Source of the DNA: Bigelowiella natans CCMP2755
Lineage: Eukaryota > Protista > Cercozoa
Reading direction: 5' to 3'
Length of the DNA stretch: 64,000 nt
NCBI GenBank assembly: GCA_000320545.1
Contig: ADNK01000156.1
Location: 48,978-112,977, forward strand
Under the pieces are notes generated by a model. That model did no database searches. It saw only the letters and a program-made list of their open reading frames with translations, and was not told where the DNA came from. The first letter of the stretch is position 1. The number at the start of each line of letters is the position of its first letter. The position numbers were made by a program, and so were the translations under genes. Below, piece after piece: positions 50,999-62,229 of this stretch.

Positions 50999-52603
50999 CA
51001 TATACTTAAAAAATTATGTGCACTGAATACGTTGATGTCACTGATTCAATGTGAAAATCGTTACTACCCCCATCGCTGTCCAGAACAGATAGGAAGCCGG
51101 ACCAGGAGGAAGGTCTCGGAACGGGCAACTTGCAACCTTTGGCTTTTTCAAAGCATCCTGAATGCAACAGTTGCGTGCAAGCTTCACTTAGCTACGTAAG
51201 ACAGACATCTGCATGGACACGATAATTTGACCATATATTACCGAGCGGTCTTTTTCATCGTCGCTTTCTTCATCCCAACCACTATTAACGCAATACCTAC
51301 AGGAATATGTAAGCACTAGTTGTTATGGCATGGCTTTTTACTTTCGGAAATATGACACTTACCTCTCGAGGATTAGGCGACAAATGTGGGAATTCTTTGC
51401 AGTTTCCAACGAGCTCTCCTCCTACAACATATTATATGTATATAGCTAAGTCTGTCACTTTCCCTGCATGTTCTTTACCAACTGTGTCTGTGTAAATGTA
51501 TATGCAGCTGTCTAAGATTACTTCTGCTGTGAGCACGTTCGGCATTGCTTTTACGTCGAGAAGAAGGGTAACGATTTCATGGAGCCTGTGTTCATATGCC
51601 ATAACAGGTTATAAAAACGTTTACACAACAATACAAATGATTTGCGTTCTAACTAACTCGCATATATTTCATGTGGATGTATTATGGGGTTTTATTTCAT
51701 CCGGGGGAATAGGGCGTAGAATAACCCTTCTTTCGCCGCAATATGGAGGGCCGTTGTCTGGTAGATTGATGTTGCGTGGATATTCGCCTATATAATTTCG
51801 AAGTTAGCAAAATCCATAAGTGTCTGATCTCTAGCCTACCCTTTTCTCTATCAGAAGTGAGGCACTTTGTCTCTGGCCACACTGTACTGCCGACAGCAGC
51901 GGAGTGTACCCTTGATGACATTCGGCTTCCAGATCACACCGCCCCTGAAATACACATGCCAGTAAACGGACGAAGATATTACTATCATCAACTTTGCACT
52001 TTTTTGGTGTTATAATTTATTAAAGAAAGTGGGGTCATCATCATCTCACGATACCTCTATGAGAAGTGTCATCACGTTGGTCCAACCATTGCACGATGCG
52101 AGTATAAGGGCCCCTTGCCCATTTTCATTGGCACATTCTAGATCGCTCACTTTTGGTAGCAGAACGTTAATAGCCTAGATGTGTTTACATTGTTAGACGA
52201 GAGCAATGTATGCATAAATATTGCGAACTCTTCACCGCAAGTTGCCCATATTCTGCAGAAGCCAAGAAAAGCTCATCGACAATGTGTGCAGGAACCTGAT
52301 ATACTTGTTAGAACCACAACTCGTTCGATAGTGTACTAAAATTTGTACCTCCTTTTCGGAATCTAGCATCTTTAAAACTGCTCCCCAATTTCCTGTCCGC
52401 GCTTGACGAACCAGCTGGTGTGTTCCTTCATCATGTGATGCGGCATCCTTACCGACTTCGTTTGCTCTGTTGGTCAGATCGTCGTCTTCATCTCCATCTT
52501 CTGAAAGGTAGTCATCTCCATCGTAGTAATAGTGATTATGCTGATGCCCAGAGGTGAAAGATGCCATGTTCCCACCACCGCTTGTGGATCCTGAGGCTGT
52601 CAT
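42530..52603 (-). CDS. Very large multi-domain protein: N-terminal ankyrin repeats, central helical/Cys region, coiled coil, DCD domain, very long Ser/His/Gln/Gly-rich disordered tail
   Basis: Ankyrin exons NGQGALILASCNGWTNVMTLLIE, GYTPLLSAVQCGQRQSASLLIEK and TTALHIAAKEG; YWSSISPEERWCLVEI; LLKEEQQQSKAAERKAAK..KRAKKKK; DCD-like GLVFWVSGRK|VLRQCFERHAVLLPPQHAHMARHINPKSRTAVLIYSANDHALHGVYEA. Splice phases were consistent where checked. It could still be two genes. Confidence 0.65.
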
Positions 52604-52859
52604 CAAAGCTGAAAAGGACAGGAACGATTAAATCGACGGTCACCGTGTTTCGATTCTAACAAAAATACCATTTCCATTAGTTAGTGACAGTCCCCCTCGC
52701 GGCATCTCTCTTTCCCAAAAATTGCTGGGGACGCTGTGAGGCGGGGAGGCGGGAGGCGGGAGACGGAGAGGCCAAACTTAAACTTGAAAGGTTGCAGTGT
52801 CGCTGTCGCTGTTTTTTGTTGGAGCTGCAGGGGAATATACATCGAGCGACAAGCCTTCT

Positions 52860-53740
52860 TTCATGTCGCATGTATGCTGTCAAACAATCTCAGATCAGTC
52901 TTCTCATCGATCTCCTCCGTGTGAACGAAGATGTTTCCGCGCCGCAGGTCACTCTAACACAGAAAGGCCTTCGAGCAGGAGTGCGTGGGGAAAACGTGTT
53001 GGATTATAGAGGGACTTGAATTACATGCAATGTTCTTCTCAGGGCCGATCGGCGTTGAAAAAAATCTAAAGCAGCTGCAGTTACGGGCCTCAAGCTAAGA
53101 ATGCTTCCGTAATTGCAGAACAGCATCAGCGTGTACTTTGAGAATAAAATCAAGGCAGCGGGAAACTTATACTTCCACTTAAGTCCAAGAGGAAATAGGT
53201 TTTGTCGAAGAAAATGGCACAAAGTAGAGACTTCATCTTCAATAGCATGAAAAGGAAAGAAGGGAAACTCAGTGACCAACTTGCATTAATCAATGATCAC
53301 ATCTGCAATCAGCTTGAGATCAAGAGATGGACCAGGATGAAAAGTATAGGTAAGTTCGTGATGAGACTGTTGAGCAGATCATTCAGTGACTGTGAAATGC
53401 GTAGGTGTATTCATGACAGTCATGATGTGCAACGGAATTGCAGTAAAAGCGATGTTGATATTCTGGAAATACTGGGTATGTGATTTACGAACTTTCATAT
53501 TTCAACTTCCATTTTCCTTACCAGCATTTATCTATTCCTTAGGTTTTTTGCACAATATCTGGATCTATTGCAACTCTGTGCACATGTTGGTTGATATTTT
53601 CTGTTTTTTCGGGCGACTGCAAAGAGGCGTTTTTTGCGCCTGAGATTTACACAGGACGTTGTAACCACTGGTTAGAAAAGTATGGAGTTCATTTTGATCC
53701 TGCTAGCAAGAGACTGATATTGGACGATAAATATAGATGA
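52860..53740 (+). CDS. Small hypothetical membrane protein
   Basis: Possible exons VLSKKMAQSRDFIFNSMKRKEGKLSDQL..., VFMTVMMCNGIAVKAMLIFWKYW and FCTISGSIATLCTCWLIFSVF...KYR*. The 5' structure is unresolved. Confidence 0.35.
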
Positions 53741-53869
53741 CGCAGAATACCATGTTGGTTTGGTGACACGTACCAGTGGTGTTGATTGATTTTTTGCGGA
53801 GACTTGTCATCAACCTCATCCATTAATGCCGTGTTCCAATGCATACACATGTTACTGGTTCTTTATTCA

Positions 53870-55230
53870 TCGCATGCATACATTTGTTTTTGGTGCACGA
53901 ATGCAGGTGCATGTCGCTACAAGTCGTGTTTGTCATGCTAGCATGACTGCAATTGCACATCACGGCTCATTCATCGTGTGTCAGATCTAGAGATGCAAAT
54001 GTCACGAACACTTCAGCAATTTCCCTCTTTCCTTCGCAACAAGATGAGTACATCTGCTAGTGCATGTTTGTGTAGGTCTAGGCGCTTACCAACAAACGTT
54101 TGAATGTGCGCACATGCTAGCATGCTAGCATGGCTCACAATTGCAGAATTTCGATGCGTTCAATGCATGCGTGTGTGTGTTGCGTGTCATGCGGCTGTGC
54201 ACGCGACACGGCGCACAATCCGCACAATGCTTGCGATTTTCAGAGGTAAATGCTAACAATGCGTGCTGTGCATCATGGCATGTTGGAGTGCTGTGAATGT
54301 GCTAACGATCTAGACAATTTTGTTAGCAGTGCGTGAACAATCGAACGCATTCATGTCGAGTTTGTTGTTCACGCCGCGCCTAGCCATGCTTGTCATGCAT
54401 GCACCACCTGTTTTCAGCACAGACACAACAACGTTCGTGTTGACCCCGCTAGCCCGTCTAGCCGTGCATTCCAGCATCTGCTAGATCTGGCATGTCATGC
54501 AACACACGCCACGTGTGAAGTTCGCATCATGCACACCATCACGTAATGTGAGCGCTGCACACATGTCTTGTGCGTGTCTGGCGTCTCTTGATTCTCTGAA
54601 ATGAGCGCCTGAAATCACGTCACGGCTACGTCTAGACGTGCGCATCATTCCAGAATTGGGAGCACGTCCAGCTAGCCAGGTGCGTGTTGATTGCGTTGAT
54701 TTGCAGCTGCTGGCACAGCTGGAGCGACGCACGCTTTGCTCGCATCAAGCTTGCTCAAGTGCAGATCCAGGACGTGAACGATGGGAGATCACGTACCGAT
54801 CGCTGTCATGATCGCACTCAACGTTCAACTTCGATTCGCATCGATGCAGTCGCCTGCTAGCCTGGTCAATTCGTGGCACACTTGCACAACCACCACGAGA
54901 CAAACGTGCCGAACACACGAACGTCGACAGGTGCGGCCGCTCGATCGTCAAGCCGAAATCATCCCGAAGGCCATTCGCAAGCTGAACGAATGATGGAACG
55001 AATGAAGTTGTTTTTGTTTTTGGTGCTTGCATGATTCGAAAGGATCGTGGGACTGTGGGACGTGCCAACTTGTCCACGCCCTCACACTCTCCAACAAAAA
55101 AAGAAACAGATTTGCCAATCGACCACATTTCCAAATTGTTGCATGACACTCGCAAAGTGCGAAACGCAGTGTCCTCGAGCCGAAAACATGCAACGAGGGC
55201 CACGAGCTGTGACAGCCCGCTAGCCCGGGC
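53870..55230. other. TpA-depleted intergenic tract, possibly a decayed repeat or gene
   Basis: About 26 TA in 1350 bp by hand count, about 15 of them in CTAG; no TA between 54860 and 55220. Confidence 0.85.
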
Positions 55231-55666
55231 GAGGTAGTTCTTGATGGAGTTTCGAGAAGAATCTGGGGAGTCTCTGGACGCCTGACCCCAAAAGGAAAAG
55301 AATTGAACAAAAATAATAATTCGGGGCAGGAAATCGGTTGTTGTGCATCACATGTAAACACCACAAGGAAGACGAAGAAGAAGAAGAAAAGCACGCACTC
55401 TCACAATCCAATCTTGCTTGACACCCGCCCACCACACAAGAACAGCCGGCCGTACACGGACACAGCGGCAGTGGTAGGGGCAGAAGTTTAGGGAGAGCAA
55501 CTGGACCCCACTGTAAATTCTATTTCGAGGGGGAAGAAATCGTAGGTTCGCACCAATTACGAGAAATCGAGCGAGAAGGGGTATGACTCTGTAATAATCC
55601 TATTCAGGCGGCAAGCGCAACTAGCTCGGTGAAAATACAATTGGGTTCCTCTTAGTCTTAACTATC

Positions 55667-58600
55667 ATGGGGATATGTCCGTCTTGCCAACCTGGCCATG
55701 CTTCCGCATTCCCAAAGGCTGCTTTGGCCAAGTCGAACGAGAAACAGCAGAGAAATTCAGAAGAGAGGCGTCGGAGCACAGAACGGCTTCGAACTTTCTT
55801 TTTTGGTTCGCAGGAGGTTGACACGAAGCGAAAGGTGAGAGATATCGAAATCACTGTACTTTTCTCTGGCATTATTACTATCTCCAATCTTTTTGTCTGA
55901 TTTCAACAATGTTCTAAATCCGGATGCAACTTAAACAACATTCAGCCTAACCACTCAAACTGGTCGACAAGAAAGGCATATCGATCGAAGTTCTTGCGTG
56001 GGGTTAATTTTGGCAAGAAACAGGAGGTCCTGAGCATTTTGGTCTCGTGATGGGACTTACCTCCGCGATGACTACCTCGTATTCACTTAAATTCATTTAT
56101 TAGCTTTCCAAATACGGAGGTCTAAAGTCGAAGAAAATAGGCCAAGGGACAGGCTTTTTCACAACAGCGGTTTAAACTGAAGCAATCAACACATAAAATA
56201 TGATGTGATACACATTACCCTAGATTAAAAAAATATTCCAATACACTACTCGTTCGCTTATTATTTGCAGCTGATTGACAACTTCTTGTCTACATCTAGA
56301 AAACTCGAAATGGACATTTCCTCGTCGATCCGGAAGGATATGCATTTTACTCGTATGCCACTATCTAACTATATTACACATCACAAACAAAATCTGTAAG
56401 AAGAATGAATAGAATCCAGCGACAAATTCTTGCTTTACTTACAATCCCGTTGTTACTGTAAGTTTCGGTGTGTGCTCCGTTCGTCGCGATGCGGACGGGC
56501 GTGAGGAGGCCTTCAAGAAAGTGTTTGAAGGCGGAAACGACGAATGGGTTCGACATGAGCGTCGTCGTCGTTATTATCATCACAATGATTCTCAGTATCA
56601 TCTTCATCTCCATTGGTATCGTAATCCATTATGATCCTATTTTCTAAAGGCGGCAAAGAGCATCGACCTCCTTCGCAGCATGGGGTAACGTATTTAGTAG
56701 CACAATGCTTTAAGGAAGAAAGGGAGCTTTGTTGGCACCCTTCCGCTGTGCATAGATAAATAATAGGAACATGAATAAAGAGAATATCATATTACATATA
56801 TGTATATAAATATATGTATATATGTGTATATGTATGTGTGTGTGTGTGTGTGTGTGTTAGTGTTGGATAATATATGATAAATGGTAACGTATTTGCACCA
56901 CAAATGGCAGATTTAACAATATTGGTCCCTGGAGCGACGACAAAATCCTTCGGAAGGCAAGTAATCCTCTTCCCTACACCAAGATGCTTAATATTGCGCA
57001 GGACTTTGGCAAGTCGATAGGGTATGTCCATCTTTATGATATGCTGCTGTTGTAACTCTCCAAGAAAATATATGAGTATATCTTTTCCCTCTTCCTACTT
57101 ACCGCCCTCTCTTTCCTTCACCACGGTGAACTGGCGTGTCTCCAGGGCACATAGCTCAACGTTAATTGTCGGCATTATCATCATCATCATCATCATTATC
57201 ATCATCATCATCATTATCATCATCAACACCATCTTTTTCTTTTCACCTTCCCCCTTTTCTTATTCGCTGTTAGATTCACGAAGCCGGGTTCGGGACACGT
57301 TGATTTCAAGCACCATTGCATACCCGTCTTCCATCCGGATTTCGAGGAATTTGCCATGAAACACGTGAAGAAAATAGTGGGCAAGCTCAGGTACTCTTCC
57401 TCCGCCTCCTCCTCCTCCTCCTCCTCTTCACGGAGTACGTATACCAAGCGCACTAATGGTAGCGATTGTGTTGTATGCGTTCGCCTTTCGTCCCTTATAC
57501 CGCTATCCAGCCAACCACCAACGAGACCATTGTTTTCCTTCATCGTCATCCTCTTCTTCTTCTTCTTCTTCTTCTTCTTCTTCTTGATTCTTCTTCTGAT
57601 TCAATAATATAAATAAAGTTCTGAGTCGTGGTGCTTGTGTACAACGCCACAGCTTCGATAGTTACTGTCTGGGTTTCTTCTCCGACAACGAGCTGCCGTG
57701 GCGGCGCGACATGCTGAAATGCTACTTGAAGTTGGACGCCAAGGATCCGAACCGCCTGGTAGCCCTCAAGTGGATGGAATCCAAAGGCTACATCGAGGAT
57801 GCGAGGGAGGAAAAGACAGCACACCTGTATGAGACAGATAAGGGTGTGAATATGGAGTTCCTGCAGCACGTAGCCAACCGATATTTCCAGGTAACTTCCA
57901 TATTTCCACATTCAACTGTTACTGCTAGTACGATTACTATACACCTGAAACGATGGAGTAAGCTTGTGTGTAGGTGCACGTGTTGTTAGGAGATATTACT
58001 AGTACTTTCCATAAGTAATCAAAATTCCCATTTAACTACCACCACCAAGGTATGCGCCAAAGCGATAAAGAAGGTAGCTCCTAATCATCTCTATCTTGGC
58101 TCAAGGGTAGTTGTTGTCCCTGCTGTCCCTGCTGCAATTGCATGTATACGAAGAAAATAACGCATCAATGCATACACACAAACTCTCCCTCTCTCTCTCT
58201 CTCTCACACACACACATATGCATGGATGCATGCATTGAATCAATTCAAATCCTATGTCCTCTGTTTTTTTTTCATATATGGTGTCCGACCTTCATACAGT
58301 TCCACGGCCAAGCCAAGAAGCACACTGAGTTGCTCAAAGTGAGTAGGCGGTGGCACGTGTACGCGCTTGTTCGTTTCGTAGTGCCAGTGGCATATGCCAC
58401 CAACACAAACATGTTTGTCTGTGTTGCGTTTTCTGATTTGATAATTTGGTCGTCCTAATCATGATCTCTTGGAAAATGATAATCCCACCACCACAGATTG
58501 CTGGCAAGTACGTAGACGTGGTGTCCATAAACTGGTACGATACGTGGGATCCCCGCACGAAGCCTGAATGGACTGACATGTGGACTACGGCGGCACGTAA

Positions 58601-58963
58601 TAATACACCCATGTACAAATGTGTGTGTGTGTTGTGGTGAGACGTCGAGCGTTGGAATATTGTTGCGCTTCGACCTTTCGGAGAGAGTGGTGGTGGTGCC
58701 TCACGTTGAAACATTGTTTTTCCAGGAAAACCGTTCTTAATTACCGAGTTCTACGCAAAAGGGATGGATACGAAGGTAAAAGGATTTTCCAATGCGGGGG
58801 CTGGCTGGCTCGAGTGTCAGAACAATCTTGGCAGCCGAATAATAACCAATGAGGGCGACGACGACGACAATGATGCTTCGATGCTAGGAACAGAATCTGC
58901 GTTTTTCTCTTTTTTTTTTTTAATTGTGCAAATGCGTACATACATACCTACACCACACGCAAA

Positions 58964-58999
<36 letters not shown>

Positions 59000-59130
59000 A
59001 CACACGCACGCACGCACACACACATATACACACCGTCACCATTCCGTTATCTGTTCAGCTTCCAAATAAGAGTGGTGCCGGTTGGGTGGTCAAGACACAG
59101 AAGGTGATCTGAGATATGGAAGTGGGAGAC

Positions 59131-59164
<34 letters not shown>

Positions 59165-60031
59165 CGAAGATGGAAGCCATCAGAATCATTTCCAGCAGCT
59201 GCAATGGCCCATCATAGATCATCGCCTATCATTATCATCACCATCACCATCATCACCCCTGACTCACGAACCCTATCATCACAGGACCGCGGCATCTTCT
59301 ATGAACACTTCGTGCTTGGATTAATGGAGCACACTGGTTGTGTAGGATTCCATTGGTTCAAGGTATCGTTCAATGCACCCGTCTTATCGTATCAAAAGCA
59401 CACGTCGGCCCACACATGTTGATTATTATTAATGCCTCATCATAGTATTGCTACTGAAAGAGCATGATAAAGCTTCCAATCATAACTTTTATTGTCTGCA
59501 AAGTTTATGGACGATTGGCCAAAGAACTCGGAAAAGGCCAAGATGTTATCGAACAAGGGCATATTAGACAGCAACTTCACCCCGTACGTGTATACTTTCT
59601 CCTTCTCTCAAACTGCATTTGATGATGAGGCGAAACAAGTCATGTCATTACACCCCTTTCAACATTCAACGTGTGTGTTGTGTCTGTGTGTTATCAGTGG
59701 AGTTGATTTCGATATGCAATATCTCGTGATAATGATAGTTCGTCGTAAATCAAATAGTGGTGACCAACACACCCGCTATTGCCATGATACGTATCGCCCT
59801 CGTCACCATTATCCCCAATGATGGTACCTAATCATTACTTCTAGTTATGTGGAGCTTGCTCGGTCGCAGGCAGAGCTCAACAAAGAAGGATACAGCATTC
59901 TCGAGTAAGTTGACAGGGGTTGGGATAATTAGTAAAGATGCGCTCCGGGGAAGTTTAGAATTGCAACCACCGAAAGAAAATACCAAAATACAATATGTAC
60001 ACTAACCTGTAGATATGTGTAATATTATATA

Positions 60032-60070
<39 letters not shown>

Positions 60071-60131
60071 TTATATTTGCTGCCGAGTAGTGACTCATTG
60101 TGCAATATCCAGATTCTTACGAAGATCATGA
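55667..60131 (+). CDS. Beta-agarase-like glycoside hydrolase (GH50-like, clan GH-A, Bacteroidetes-type), at least 16 exons
   Basis: LSKYGG..TGFFT, HFLVDPEGYAFYSFGVCSV, LLRSMGFNNIGPWSD, PVFHPDFEEF, GFFSDNELPW, APNHLYLGSRFHG, VDVVSINWY, KPFLITEFYAKG, SGAGWVVKTQKDRGIFY and VGFHWFK..D..SNKGI. Well supported from 56104 onward; the 5' end is a guess. Confidence 0.85.
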
Positions 60132-61372
60132 CCTCTTGCATCGAACAACTTCCCTGTCAACTTGGCGTAGATAATGGATAAAATACTAGATGATTTAAGC
60201 AACGTTTCTAATCATCTCTTTACTATACGACACTAAAAGGAAAATTTTCTCTGGAGTGTGCCTACTACCAGCATATCCTTTCATAGATTATACTTAATAG
60301 ACTTTCATAGCATCGGACTCACCTTGATGTGTCGTACTATGTAATAATGCATCAGTTGGAATCCAAGTGCAAAATCTAGTGGTACGCATACTTGCCAAAA
60401 ATTATTGCATGCAGTTGTTATTCCCCGCATGCTATCGCAACCTAACCCGTGCGACCAATTACTAGATTGATAAGCCTCAATGCCCATTCGGCGCCCACAT
60501 CGCTGGACGTTAGGACGTGCGCCGCATTTGAGCTAGATAACTGAAAACTACGCTTGTTTTTTGAGTACATGCATGACGCCTCTATGAATATACTGGTTGT
60601 ATATACGAATGATGGTATGCGCGAATAGATGGTAGAAATGATGCACACACACATGCACAATGTGCGAGCGCATGCTAGCATGTCCACGCGTGCATGTCTA
60701 GATGTCAGGCACAGCATGTGCACATCTAGACATGATAATAGACAAAGTAATCATGTCCAGCACGCTGTCTAGACGTGTATGTCTAGATTTACGCGTGGAA
60801 TTCGTACATCTATGTGCATTTTGCATGCATGTGTGCACAGGGCGTGTGAATGCACACAGCTAGACAGGTGCAGATGAGTGACCATCATCAACAAATCTAG
60901 AAATGTTGAAAAGTCGCGAGTGACAAAGACTGTTTTCAAAGAAATTTGATAGGCATAGCTCCCTCTTCGTCCCCTTTGTGGGTTCGCAGCATCCCCTACC
61001 ATTTGCTTGGGCTAAGGGAGGAGAGACCGCTCGCCTGCCTCTCGACCGGAACGAGCACCGATTTCGGATGCTGTGGCGCTGGAGCAGAACGGTACGCACT
61101 TGTCGCTGATAGGCCTTGTCGCACGAAATAAGTGGCAAGCATCTGTTGCTGATTTACCATGTCGCACAATGAAAATGGAAGGCAAACAGCAACAAGCAGA
61201 CGAGCGATCAGAACTACATCAAAACCCTGATTCGGTGAGACCAACCGCTACCCAACCCGACGCTTAGAGCCGGGGCTCTCTTTACTACGAGTTGGGCCCC
61301 AGGATTGATTCTCGGAGCCTCCCAATGGCACCGTTATCGTTATACCCTGATGCGCATCACGGGCTTCACTGA

Positions 61373-62134
61373 ATGCATCTTAGGGATTCCGCTGGTAATA
61401 GGCCAGTAGGTGCAGAATGGGGGAGAGCACCAGGGTATGGAATTCGGCGCCGACGAAACCGAGAAGGCTGCTTATTTTTGTACTTGCTGCTCGCCATAAT
61501 TTACGTGATCCAAGGACCGTTCCTGCCCCTCAAATGTAATGATGAAACCGTCGTCCGCGTCTCCATGAGGCAGTACAGAAATATGAGTTCTCTTCGTACA
61601 TTAAGAGGTGGGGTGTTCAACCAAGAACATGCGAACCGAGTCACAACACCCCAGCTTGTTCCATCTTCTAACAATCATCCTCAGACGGAAGCCTCTTCGC
61701 AATCTGTGCAGAATCCCCTCATTCCTAAAACAAATGAGCATGAAAGAGCAGCAGCGGCGGCCGCAGCTATGGTGGCCACAGCCCACGGTGGTGGTGGGTA
61801 TATGTATTATTCCCAACCGATTCCGTCACCTCTTTATCATCACCAAGGATACCCACAAAGTATAAATCATCATCATCCGAGCTACATCACCGGCATGCCT
61901 CCGCATCCTCAGCAGATCCCTCCGCAGCATCATCTCATGCCCCCTGAGGTAGATTTTAAATGTGCATTCATTAGGAGTACGATCATTCTTACACGCCGAG
62001 AGTATTAAAAAAAGGATTATGCGAGTGGAACTAGAGAACATCACAACTGCCCGTTCTGTCCCTTCCTCCTGCCTTCCTCTCGCTGAAAATATGATCTGTT
62101 GGAAATATCTACACACACACACATTTATATACAC

Positions 62135-62172
<38 letters not shown>

Positions 62173-62183
62173 TTATGTGCGTG

Positions 62184-62229
<46 letters not shown>

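Noticed and set aside
54481-55435. Stack of overlapping ORFs on both strands
   Set aside because: Mostly the same TpA-depletion artefact; no family motifs.
56374-56613. Minus-strand ORF with an apparent signal peptide
   Set aside because: It is antisense to agarase-like exons and an intronic (ATC/GTC) repeat that mimics a hydrophobic leader.
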